Origin: Robiginitomaculum sp.
GTDB lineage: Bacteria > Pseudomonadota > Alphaproteobacteria > Caulobacterales > Maricaulaceae
Assembly: GCA_002733495.1 (NCBI GenBank)
Contig: NVVV01000004.1
Location: forward strand, 32,806-96,805
Direction: 5' to 3'
Length of the DNA: 64,000 nucleotides
The notes under the pieces are model-generated. The model saw nothing but the letters and a program-made list of their open reading frames with translations, did not search any database and was not told the DNA's origin. The position numbers and the translations under genes are program-made. This document shows, piece by piece, positions 27,919 through 36,638 of the stretch; within the stretch, counting starts at the first letter, position 1; each line of letters opens with the position of its first letter.

Positions 27919-29634
27919 CTAATCCTCGCGCAATAAGCCGGTCAGGGTGACCACAGTTATGGCAAAGAGGATGGCGCCGATTAGCGCATAGAAAAAATCG
28001 AATGCCCGCCAGAGCGGTGCCCCAAAACGCCCCGTCGGATCAAAGGCGCACGCGCGTCTTTGTCCAAATTCGACGATTGGTAAAACCGTATCCATGGCAT
28101 AAAGCGGCGCGATGAGGCCGGGGCAGCCCCGAACGGTTTTTGTAAAGACTCCCGGTATGCTGACCTTGGTACCGGAAAGTGAAGCGTGCTCTCCATGACC
28201 AATTTGTTCTGCCGGGCCAAAGCTTCCTGAAAAGGCATGTGCCCCATAGAACGCTGAGCCGATCAGTATCCAGATCATCAGCGCCAGCACGGCCCTGCTG
28301 CTGGAATAGCCAAAGCGGCATGTCAGGCCCAGAAACTTCTGAAAGGCCTGCATGAACCAGGGGTCCATATGTGTCTGTAAACGTAAGGCGTGCATGGTGA
28401 TCAGAACCTGATCGGCATCTCCGTTTTGGCCACGGGCGCGCAAAATATTGGCGTATTGCGTATAGGGCTGCGGATCAAACTCACTAGCCTTTGGGCGGTT
28501 TGGGTCCTGATATTGCCGCTTTATCCAGTCAAGGCGGCGGCCAATTGGATTGTCCTCATGTTTCGCATTGTCCTGATGCAGACGGTTATAGGTGAACCCG
28601 GACAGTTGAATGTGACCGTTTTGACGTGGCCAGCCAGTGTCTGGGTTATCAAAAAGCGCCTGTACGTGCGCATTGCGTACGCCAAAGGTGCCGTCGATTT
28701 CCACATCCTGGGTAATCAGATTGGATTCGATACGGGCACCTGTAAAATGCACATCGCCGACCGCCCTAAATGGCAGGCCGCCGGACGAGGCAAGCAGGAA
28801 CACATTCCCTCGTATATTTGCCCCCTGAAAGCTGAGCGCCTCGTTGCCCGGGTTGTTTAAATCAGCGCCATTGGCGGCGAATTGGCCCCCGATATCTGCA
28901 ATCCAGAACCGGCATTCCCCATTAGCTTGAAAACGAAAACCCGCCTCCACGGTCAGAAACACACTATTGCGGATGTCTACACGGGTAAAGTTCAGCGCCA
29001 CCCCGCCGGGATTGTCCAGCAAAGCCCCATTGGCATTAAATGCACCTTCAATACAGGCACCAAGAAAGCTTATTTCGCTAGAAGCATGAAAGCGTTGCCC
29101 GCTACGGGGGCGCAAAATAACATTGCCGCCAATTTTTGCGCCGGCAAAGTCCAGCGCCAGGTTTTCTCCGGCCTGATTTGCCTCTGCCCCGGTAATTGTA
29201 GAGCCGTTCAGGTGTACCGACCCCACAATACGGGCGCTGCCTGCTGACAGGCGCACGAGTGAACACCCTAAAAAAGAAAGGCTGTCTATATGACTTTCCT
29301 CCAGCGATACAGGGGCATTCAGCGTACAGTTTTCTAGCTCTATTGTCGGCAATATACGCGATGGGTCATCTGCCCTTCCGGTCCATCCAGACAGGTCCAG
29401 CATCCCTTCAATAACGGCATGTTTTATACGAATGCCCCGGGGGGCCACAGGATCGGCGTATTTACGGCGGTTTTGGGCAAGGCCGGTAATCAGGCGGCGC
29501 AGCATCTCGGCTTGTAAGGCCGGTGGCGTGTCCAGATCAGAAAAGTCAGCAACATCACCCGTGCTGGCGGCAGTAATGACGGCGCGTTCATGGGGGCTAA
29601 GGGCGGTTTTCTTTGTGTTTGTGCGCGCGGTCAT
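27919..29634 (-). CDS. large beta-helix (pentapeptide-like repeat) protein with a C-terminal membrane domain
   Basis: 571 aa. Residues ~100-330 show repeated units of ~20-25 aa (..L.F.GA.I.GNV.L...) typical of a right-handed beta-helix. The C-terminal ~130 aa contain 3-4 TM helices. The function is unknown. Confidence 0.6.
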   Translation of the reverse strand: MTARTNTKKTALSPHERAVITAASTGDVADFSDLDTPPALQAEMLRRLITGLAQNRRKYADPVAPRGIRIKHAVIEGMLDLSGWTGRADDPSRILPTIELENCTLNAPVSLEESHIDSLSFLGCSLVRLSAGSARIVGSVHLNGSTITGAEANQAGENLALDFAGAKIGGNVILRPRSGQRFHASSEISFLGACIEGAFNANGALLDNPGGVALNFTRVDIRNSVFLTVEAGFRFQANGECRFWIADIGGQFAANGADLNNPGNEALSFQGANIRGNVFLLASSGGLPFRAVGDVHFTGARIESNLITQDVEIDGTFGVRNAHVQALFDNPDTGWPRQNGHIQLSGFTYNRLHQDNAKHEDNPIGRRLDWIKRQYQDPNRPKASEFDPQPYTQYANILRARGQNGDADQVLITMHALRLQTHMDPWFMQAFQKFLGLTCRFGYSSSRAVLALMIWILIGSAFYGAHAFSGSFGPAEQIGHGEHASLSGTKVSIPGVFTKTVRGCPGLIAPLYAMDTVLPIVEFGQRRACAFDPTGRFGAPLWRAFDFFYALIGAILFAITVVTLTGLLRED

Positions 29635-29665
29635 AAGGAAGCGTAGCAGAAGGACACGTTAAGCG

Positions 29666-30634
29666 TCACCTGTTTCGTAGGCCGTCTTCTCTTTTTTTGA
29701 GCCAACTTACCATCAAGGTGCTCAGCTCGTCTGGCTTTTCCCATTGGGTCCAATGGCCACAACCCTTGATCACGTGCTTTTGTAGATCCGGAATACGTTC
29801 CTCCATACCCTCCATAAAGACCGGGGGCAGAAACAGGTCCAGCTCTGCCCCGATCATTAAAGCGGGCTGATGAACTGTCATGTCCACGCCCTCCATGCGC
29901 TGCCAATTGGCGGTGACATTGCGATAATAGTTTACCCCGCCATGAAAACCGGACCTGGCATAGGCGCGCGCATAATGAACACGCTCTGCCGCCGGCACGG
30001 CAATGTTGCGCTCGGCCCGGTCGGTAAAGTCGGCAAAACGGTTCAGCAAATGGGTGGCACTTGCCGGCAGCGTTTTGGTGATGCGTTTGGGCGGGCGGGC
30101 AAATACGAATTTGAAAAAATCTTCTTCGCGGCCCTCAAGGGCGGCTTCTGGCGCATCCGGTTCCTGAAAGCGTGCAAAATAGTGGTCCTCACCAAAGCGA
30201 GCGCGCAGCAGCTCTACCGGACTGGCTGGCGGTCGCGGTAAATGCGGCGTGTTAATGCCAATAACGCCCGCCACACGGTCCGGTACCAGCAGAGATGCTG
30301 GCCAGACGATCAGGCCGCCCCAATCATGACCCACCCAGACCGCCTTTTTTATATCCAGCGCATCCAATAGCCCGGTCATATCAGAGAGCAGGGTGTCGAT
30401 GCCATAAAGATATCGGTCTTTGGGCGCGTCCGAGCCGCCAAAGCCGCGCATGTCCGGCGCAATGACCCGAAACCCCGCCTCGGCCAGCGGGCCGATCTGG
30501 TTTAACCAGGATCGTGCCAGTTCTGGCCAGCCATGCAAAAGGAGAACAGGCAAGCCATCTTTTGGCCCGGCCTCATGGACGCTCAGGGTGATGCCATTGG
30601 TTTGAATGCGTTTTGGTTCTGGAAAATCAGCCAT
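29666..30634 (-). CDS. alpha/beta hydrolase, epoxide-hydrolase-like
   Basis: Contains LLLHGWPE...SW..Q...L...GFRVIAPDMRGFG.S and the nucleophile motif GHDWGG, plus a cap domain and C-terminal ..GCGHWTQ.E.P. Confidence 0.85.
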   Translation of the reverse strand: MADFPEPKRIQTNGITLSVHEAGPKDGLPVLLLHGWPELARSWLNQIGPLAEAGFRVIAPDMRGFGGSDAPKDRYLYGIDTLLSDMTGLLDALDIKKAVWVGHDWGGLIVWPASLLVPDRVAGVIGINTPHLPRPPASPVELLRARFGEDHYFARFQEPDAPEAALEGREEDFFKFVFARPPKRITKTLPASATHLLNRFADFTDRAERNIAVPAAERVHYARAYARSGFHGGVNYYRNVTANWQRMEGVDMTVHQPALMIGAELDLFLPPVFMEGMEERIPDLQKHVIKGCGHWTQWEKPDELSTLMVSWLKKREDGLRNR

Positions 30635-30662
30635 GAGGCACCTTAGGGTAAATTAAATTTCC

Positions 30663-30676
30663 ATGCAATATTGCAT
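30663..30676. promoter_or_regulatory. 14-bp perfect palindrome ATGCAATATTGCAT, candidate MarR operator
   Basis: It lies in the 72-bp divergent region between the epoxide-hydrolase-like gene and marR, 31 nt upstream of the marR ATG. Confidence 0.45.
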
Positions 30677-30706
30677 ATGTGAAGCATTTGTGGCAAAAAC
30701 CGAATC

Positions 30707-31144
30707 ATGGCTATCGCAAGACCCATAGACCGACGCTTGTTTTTATTGCTGGACCGGGCGCGCAACCGCTTGTTCAAGCGCGCCAACCGCAAACTATTAC
30801 ACAGCGCAAATATAACGGTGGCACAAGGCGCAGCCTTGTTTTATCTTAGCCGCCATGACGGCTGTTTGCTATCTGATCTGGCCGACGGTCTGGATCTGAA
30901 CAATTCAGCGATTACCGGGCTGGCCATGCGTATGGAAAAGGCAGGCCTGTTGGAGCGCAGGCCCTGCGCCGAAGATGGCCGCGCCATGCGCGCGCATCTG
31001 ACCGAGAAGGGTCGCGTCAGTCATGAAGCGGTGAAACACGTTTTGCGGGATTTCAACGCCCAGATCGAACAGGGCTTTAGCCCAGAAGAAATGGATGTGG
31101 TCTATCGGTTTTTGGCCCGCACCGCTAATGTCCCTCTTGTTTAA
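30707..31144 (+). CDS. MarR family transcriptional regulator
   Basis: 145 aa with a winged-HTH core (..ITVAQGAALFYLSRHDGCLLSDLADGLDLNNSAITGLAMRMEKAGLLERR....DGRA...LT.KG). Confidence 0.85.
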   Translation: MAIARPIDRRLFLLLDRARNRLFKRANRKLLHSANITVAQGAALFYLSRHDGCLLSDLADGLDLNNSAITGLAMRMEKAGLLERRPCAEDGRAMRAHLTEKGRVSHEAVKHVLRDFNAQIEQGFSPEEMDVVYRFLARTANVPLV

Positions 31145-31165
31145 TTATCCTGTTAGGAGATCGTC

Positions 31166-31939
31166 TTGAGTACAGAAACTATATTGGTCAGTGATAACGG
31201 CAGCGTCCGTCTGATCACCATGAACCGGGCCGACAAAAAAAACGCCATCACCGAAGACATGTATGCGGCCATGGCCGATGCCATTTATGATGCCCAGGAT
31301 GATGCCACGATACGGGTGGTGATGATCACCGGCAGCGCGGATGTGTTCACCGCCGGCAATGATATGGGGGCGTTTTTAAACCCCAAAGCGCGTATGGGCG
31401 AGGCCGATCAGCCGGTCGAGCGTTTCTTGCAAGCCATATTGACCGCTAAAAAACCGTTGCTGGCGGCGGTCAACGGTCTGGCCATTGGCATTGGCACCAC
31501 CATGTTGCTGCATTGCGATCTGGTTTATGCCGCCGATACGGCGCGCTTTTCCGTGCCCTTTATCAATCTGGGCCTGATGCCCGAGGCCGCATCATCGCTG
31601 TTGTTGCCCCGGGCCGTGGGCACAAAAAAGGCCACTGAAATGCTGATGTTCGGGGATTTTCAAAATGCCAAAGCGGCCCTTGATATGGGGTTGGTCAATG
31701 AAGTTTTTCCCGCAGACAGATTAATGGAAAAGGCTATGGAGCGGGCGCAAAAGCTGGCCGCCAAACCCCCGGCGGCTTTGTTGCTGATCAAGGCATTGCT
31801 GAAAAGTGAAGCCGAAACGACGGCGGCGCGTATGGCCCGTGAAAGTGCGCTTTTTGGCGAACGCCTGCAAAGTGCCGAGTGCAAGGAAGCGGCCACCGCG
31901 TTCTTTGAAAAACGCGACCCTGATTTTTCTAATTGCTAA
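31166..31939 (+). CDS. enoyl-CoA hydratase/isomerase family protein
   Basis: A crotonase fold: ..LNRADKKNAI......AM......A..D...RVV.ITG....F.AGND...F and ..AAVNG.A.G.G.T..L.CDL..A. TTG start. Confidence 0.85.
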   Translation: MSTETILVSDNGSVRLITMNRADKKNAITEDMYAAMADAIYDAQDDATIRVVMITGSADVFTAGNDMGAFLNPKARMGEADQPVERFLQAILTAKKPLLAAVNGLAIGIGTTMLLHCDLVYAADTARFSVPFINLGLMPEAASSLLLPRAVGTKKATEMLMFGDFQNAKAALDMGLVNEVFPADRLMEKAMERAQKLAAKPPAALLLIKALLKSEAETTAARMARESALFGERLQSAECKEAATAFFEKRDPDFSNC

Positions 31940-31957
31940 CCTGCGGAGATTTCCATC

Positions 31958-32302
31958 ATGAGCACGCATAATCATATCGACTATGTAGAGCTACCCGCCA
32001 CGGATTTAAGCGCCATGAAGGCGTTTTACGGCGCGGCCTTTGGCTGGACGTTTGAAGATTATGGGCCAGACTATGTGGCTTTTAGCGGCGCAGGGTTAGA
32101 GGGTGGTTTTGCCCCGGTCAAAGCCCCACCGCCCCAAGGCGGGGCCATGGTCATTCTTTACTCAGATGATCTGGATGTCAGTGAAAAGGCTGTGCGCGCG
32201 GCAGGCGGCGAAATTCTGGAACGGATTAGTTTTCCCGGTGGTAGCCGGTTTGGCTTTGTCGACCCATCAGGTAATGAGCTGGCCATATGGACCAAGGCCT
32301 AA
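31958..32302 (+). CDS. VOC (glyoxalase/bleomycin-resistance) family protein
   Basis: 114 aa. Contains I.YVELP..DL...K.FY..AFGW.F.DYGP.Y..F....L.GGF and ..GG....F.DPSGNELA.W. Confidence 0.8.
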   Translation: MSTHNHIDYVELPATDLSAMKAFYGAAFGWTFEDYGPDYVAFSGAGLEGGFAPVKAPPPQGGAMVILYSDDLDVSEKAVRAAGGEILERISFPGGSRFGFVDPSGNELAIWTKA

Positions 32303-32408
32303 GGGGAACACGTGTGCCACGCGCTCACAGCCTGATCACGCCAAACTGATTTTCAATTGATCCAAACTTCTGCCAATGTGCACAGGTAGGCAGAAACGGG
32401 GGGGGCAA

Positions 32409-32606
32409 ATGATGGAGCCTCTTATGGATCGTGTTCAAGAACTCGTAGACATTGCCTTTTATCGCTGGCAGTGCGCCGAAATGAAATTTAAAGACACCCC
32501 TCTTCCTTTGGCCTGCAGCTCAAACATTGCCTGCGCCTTGCCTTTGTCAGCAAAGAAACGGGCACGATTGCATGCCGCCTTTGGCAAAACCCGCACCCGC
32601 CTATAA
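32409..32606 (+). CDS. hypothetical small protein (weak call)
   Basis: A 65-aa ORF preceded by a G-rich, RBS-like run. There is no recognisable motif and the coding status is uncertain. Confidence 0.25.
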   Translation: MMEPLMDRVQELVDIAFYRWQCAEMKFKDTPLPLACSSNIACALPLSAKKRARLHAAFGKTRTRL

Positions 32607-32682
32607 TTCGAGCAAGACAGGGTCTATGTCCCTTTGCCGTCCTTTATGGTGACAGAGCCGGTCCGTCACGCTAGCAAGGGGT

Positions 32683-34185
32683 ATGAGCTATTCTTCCCTG
32701 AGAGATTATCTGGCGGCGCTAAAAGTCGATGGCCTTTATAAGCGGGTGCAGACCACGGTTTCAACCGATATGGAACTGACCGAAATCGGCTGTCGGCTGA
32801 TCCGCAAAGGTGGTCCGGCGGTGCTCTTTGAAAACGTGCAGACAGAGACAGGCGCCGCCTCAGACATGCCGGTGCTGATCAATCTGTTTGGCACGGTCGA
32901 GCGCGTGGCGCGCGGCGTTACCATGGGCGGCAAGACACGAACCACAGCGCAGGATCTGCGCGAAGTGGGCGAATTGTTGGCCTTTATGCGCCAGCCCGAG
33001 CCGCCGCGCGGTGTCGGTGATGCCTTGAAACTTGCCCCCCTGATTAAAACCGTGATGGCCATGCGGCCCAAAATCGTACGCAAGGCCCCCTGTCAGGACG
33101 TGGTGCTGATGGGCAAGGACGCATCCCTTGATCGCCTGCCGATCCAGACCTGTTGGCCGGGCGAGCCAGCGCCCCTGATCACCTGGCCATTGGTGGTGAC
33201 ACGCGGGCCGGGCAAGGCCGCCGAAGACAATACCAATCTTGGTATTTACCGGATGCAAAAGCTGGGGCCTCATAAAACCATTATGCGCTGGTTGGCCCAT
33301 CGCGGCGGGGCGCAGCAATTTGCGCGCTTTAAAGCGGCCAATCCCGGCAGGCCCATGCCGCTGGCTGCGGTCATTGGGGCCGACCCCGGCACCATTTTGG
33401 CCGCCGTAACCCCGGTGCCTGATACGTTATCTGAGTATCAGTTTGCCGGGCTGTTGCGCGGTAAAAAGGCCGAACTGGTCAAATGTAAAACCATAGATTT
33501 GCATGTGCCCGCCGAGGCCGAAATTGTTATTGAAGGGCATGTTCACCCCACAAAGACCGCGCCTGAAGGCCCTTACGGCGATCATACGGGCTATTATAAT
33601 TCGGTTGAAAATTTCCCGGTCTTTGAGATCAGCGCCATCACCATGCGCGAAGACCCGATGTATTTAAGTACCTATACGGGCCGCCCGCCGGACGAGCCAA
33701 GTGTTTTGGGTGAGGCACTAAACGAGGTGTTTATTCCGCTGCTGCAACAGCAATTTCCCGAGATTACGGACTTTTATTTGCCCCCCGAGGCCTGTTCCTA
33801 TCGCATTGCCGTGATCTCCATGAAGAAAGCCTATGCGGGCCATGCCAAACGGGTGATGATGGGCGCATGGTCATATTTGCGGCAGTTCACATATACCAAA
33901 TGGCTGATCATTGTGGATGATGATATTAACGCCCGCGATTGGAAAGATGTGATGTGGGCCATCTCCACCCGCATGGACCCGGCGCGGGACTGTGTGACTG
34001 TGGAAAACACCCCGATTGATTATCTGGACTTTGCCTCGCCGGTTTCTGGCCTTGGCTCCAAAATGGGCTTGGATGCCACCAATAAATGGCCAGGCGAAAC
34101 CACACGCGAATGGGGCCGCGAGATAAAAATGGACGCCGCGGTTATCGCCGCCGTCACCGCAAAATGGGACAAGATGGGCCTGTGA
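32683..34185 (+). CDS. ubiD: UbiD family decarboxylase (4-hydroxy-3-polyprenylbenzoate decarboxylase)
   Basis: 500 aa. Contains LRDYL..L...G.....V.......ELTEI..R....GGPA.LFEN., ..N.GIYRMQ and ..EGP.GDHTGYY. Confidence 0.9.
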   Translation: MSYSSLRDYLAALKVDGLYKRVQTTVSTDMELTEIGCRLIRKGGPAVLFENVQTETGAASDMPVLINLFGTVERVARGVTMGGKTRTTAQDLREVGELLAFMRQPEPPRGVGDALKLAPLIKTVMAMRPKIVRKAPCQDVVLMGKDASLDRLPIQTCWPGEPAPLITWPLVVTRGPGKAAEDNTNLGIYRMQKLGPHKTIMRWLAHRGGAQQFARFKAANPGRPMPLAAVIGADPGTILAAVTPVPDTLSEYQFAGLLRGKKAELVKCKTIDLHVPAEAEIVIEGHVHPTKTAPEGPYGDHTGYYNSVENFPVFEISAITMREDPMYLSTYTGRPPDEPSVLGEALNEVFIPLLQQQFPEITDFYLPPEACSYRIAVISMKKAYAGHAKRVMMGAWSYLRQFTYTKWLIIVDDDINARDWKDVMWAISTRMDPARDCVTVENTPIDYLDFASPVSGLGSKMGLDATNKWPGETTREWGREIKMDAAVIAAVTAKWDKMGL

Positions 34186-34823
34186 GCGTTCCGCCAGAGC
34201 ATTTACGTTATGCCAGCGCCTCCGCAGCGGTACAAAAAAAGGCCTTTATCGACCTGATTAATCAAAACCCGACCAATGCCGAGATATGGAAGCGCATGCC
34301 GGCTCTGGCCTTGCCGCAGGGCATGCTGGTCTCTGGCTGCCTTTATCAAAGCGTCTGGAATATCCTTCTTGGGCATGATCCATGCCGGGGTATTCGCGAT
34401 TATGATCTGGTCTATTTTGATGATGGAGATCTGTCCTATGAGGCTGAGGACAAAGTGATCAAGACGTGCGCCGCCGTCTTTGCTGATTTAGGCGTAGAGG
34501 TTGAGGTGCGTAATCAGGCGCGGGTGCATCTGTGGTTCAAGGACCGTTTTGGCTTTGATTATACGCCGCTGCAAAACGCCGCCCAGTCTCTTTTGCGCTA
34601 TATGTCGCCCTGTCATGCGGTGGCCGCAGAGCCAGACAGCAAAGGTAATTTGAAACTTCACGCGCCCTTTGGCCTGGATGACGTGTTTGGCTTTATGGTG
34701 CGCCCACGTGAGGGTGATGCCGAAATTTCATCCACATCTTACCAGAAAAAAGCCGCACGGATGAAGGCGCTTTGGCCGGAGCTGACCGTTGTGCCGCTAC
34801 CATCCGGCGCAAATAAAAACTAA
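34182..34823 (+). CDS. nucleotidyltransferase family protein (NTP_transf_6/DUF925-like)
   Basis: GTG 34182 overlaps the ubiD stop (GTGA). Contains ..[12 protein letters not shown]......[20 protein letters not shown], typical of this family as I recall it. The in-frame ORF upstream of 34182 lies inside ubiD. Confidence 0.6.
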   Translation: MSVPPEHLRYASASAAVQKKAFIDLINQNPTNAEIWKRMPALALPQGMLVSGCLYQSVWNILLGHDPCRGIRDYDLVYFDDGDLSYEAEDKVIKTCAAVFADLGVEVEVRNQARVHLWFKDRFGFDYTPLQNAAQSLLRYMSPCHAVAAEPDSKGNLKLHAPFGLDDVFGFMVRPREGDAEISSTSYQKKAARMKALWPELTVVPLPSGANKN

Positions 34824-34881
34824 CATATATTAGCATGCATCTATTTGCTGGAGAGAGTACCAAGGAAAGAAGCAATTACCT

Positions 34882-35949
34882 ATGGAAGACAAGCCCAAAA
34901 ACTTAAAATCAGATATATGTGTGAATAGATGGCTCTCTATGCTGAAAAAGCCACATATTGCCCCTCTTACGCAATTTGTTGATGAACTGAAAAAAGAGCT
35001 AGGAGCCGGGGTTGGAATCCCCTATTTCGATCCTCTAGACGGCGGAATTAACGCGAGACTTCTTTGGGTATTGGAAACCCCTGGGCCAAAGGCTGTTGGA
35101 ACGAATTTTGTCTCACGTGACAACCCTGATCTCACCGCCAAGAACACGTCTATAATTTTCAAAAAAACAGGAATTAAGAAAGAGGATACGGTGCTATGGA
35201 ATGTGGTTCCATGGAATCTGAGCACAGAAGAAGAAAACCAAAACCCCAATGCTGCCGAGATACGCCGAGGAATACCTTATTTATTGCGCCTGATAAAAAT
35301 ATTGCCCAAGCTGGAGGCCGTCGTTTTGTGCGGCAACTCCGCCAAAAGAGCGGCACAAAGCATTCGTGAGTCAACCAAACTCAAGGTTTTTAAGACGTAC
35401 CATCCAGCGGGACGATCTTATAACATAACTAAATATAGGGACGACATTCACAATGCAATGAGGGATGTCGCAAACTTCCTGTATGAGGGTAACGACAACG
35501 TGGGGATATTTAATCTGGTCCCAGAAATCGGTAGACATCAGGATAAAAGTACAAGGAAATCAGTCAATATGCAAAACGCCAATCCGCCGTTGAGGGGCAC
35601 TGGTTATTCAGTTGAGAGCCACATAGAAAAGACAAATAACGAATGTAGAGCCATATTTCAGGAGTTATTTAATCGTATTATGGAGCTACATCCTGCGGTG
35701 ACAGAAAAGGCAGTTAAAGTCCTTGTTGGTTATAAAGCTAGGTACAACTTCGCAGAAATTCACTTTCTCGGCAATCGTCTTAAAATTCATCTTAGACCAA
35801 AGTCTTATTTCGACCCAAGAGAGCTGGTTGCACACCTTGAGAATGCTGGTATCATAATGAATCGCCGTGTTTATATATCCTCAAAAAAAGATATCGAATA
35901 CATTATGTCGCTCATAAAACAATCATATGAAGACGTGGCTTTCATCTAG
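34882..35949 (+). CDS. UDG-superfamily-like domain fused to a DUF5655-like C-terminal domain (AT-rich islet gene)
   Basis: The N-terminal half has ARLLWVLETPGPKA (compare UDG motif A, GEAPG), VLWNVVPW, AVVLCGNSAKRA and FKTYHPAGRSY (compare motif B, HPS). The C-terminal part reads KVLVGYKARYNFAEIHFLGNRLKIHLRP...YISSKKDIEYIMSLIKQSYE. Hand-counted GC is about 33-40% against about 58% in the flanks. Confidence 0.6.
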   Translation: MEDKPKNLKSDICVNRWLSMLKKPHIAPLTQFVDELKKELGAGVGIPYFDPLDGGINARLLWVLETPGPKAVGTNFVSRDNPDLTAKNTSIIFKKTGIKKEDTVLWNVVPWNLSTEEENQNPNAAEIRRGIPYLLRLIKILPKLEAVVLCGNSAKRAAQSIRESTKLKVFKTYHPAGRSYNITKYRDDIHNAMRDVANFLYEGNDNVGIFNLVPEIGRHQDKSTRKSVNMQNANPPLRGTGYSVESHIEKTNNECRAIFQELFNRIMELHPAVTEKAVKVLVGYKARYNFAEIHFLGNRLKIHLRPKSYFDPRELVAHLENAGIIMNRRVYISSKKDIEYIMSLIKQSYEDVAFI

Positions 35950-35972
35950 ATTTTGACGGTTTTACTGCTTTC

Positions 35973-36545
35973 TTAAAACGGTAAGACCTTGCGTTTGCGG
36001 CTGTATTTCAAATAGCCCACACTGGCCCCAAGGCGCAGGCCCGCGCCCGAGCGCATGGGCACCAGCGTGATATTGTGTCCGCGTTGATAATTAATGCCCA
36101 TACCGGCAATCAGATAGGCCGAGCCATCAACGCCGGGAAAGCGCTGATAAATATTTTCAAAATCCTGCAGGCCATAAATCAGGGTAAACACTTTTGAGCC
36201 ATTGCCGCCCACATCAAAACCGATGGACGGGCCTTGCCAGTAGACGATTTCGCGGGTGCCGTCTTTTAAGACCATAGTGCCTTTGCCATACCGCAAGCCA
36301 ACCCCAATGGCGGCGGAGCCTTCACCCCCGTAAATATAGCCAATTGGGCGGCCTTGTTTGGCAAAAATGCTCTCTACGGCGGACCCGGCGGCCTCGGAGG
36401 TGACACCGAAAAAGTCTGAAACCGCATTGGTGACTTCGCTGCGCCCATAGGTCGCTTCATCGGCGGGGGCTCTTTCCTGTGCCTGCGCAAAGTTGGGCAT
36501 TGCGGGCATGGCAAAGAGGGTCAATATAAAAAGGATGCGGTACAT
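35973..36545 (-). CDS. DUF1134-like (EipA-like) periplasmic protein
   Basis: The signal peptide [22 protein letters not shown] with the RBS GGAGAA fixes the start at 36545. The Gly-rich beta body (..[22 protein letters not shown]..) fits this family. The upstream part of the 306-aa ORF overlaps lepA and is discounted. Confidence 0.65.
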   Translation of the reverse strand: MYRILFILTLFAMPAMPNFAQAQERAPADEATYGRSEVTNAVSDFFGVTSEAAGSAVESIFAKQGRPIGYIYGGEGSAAIGVGLRYGKGTMVLKDGTREIVYWQGPSIGFDVGGNGSKVFTLIYGLQDFENIYQRFPGVDGSAYLIAGMGINYQRGHNITLVPMRSGAGLRLGASVGYLKYSRKRKVLPF

Positions 36546-36638
36546 AAGGTTCTCCATTATCTTATTCATCATGCCCGGTCTGGCGCCGTATGGGAAGGGC
36601 GCTTGGCGCAGGACAGCGTTGCTGCTAAGTCCCCATTT

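Noticed and set aside
35109-35124. A parS-like TGTCTCACGTGACAAC inside the AT-rich islet gene.
   Set aside because: It matches only 12/16 positions of the consensus, with mismatches in both arms. I consider it a chance CACGTG-centred sequence.
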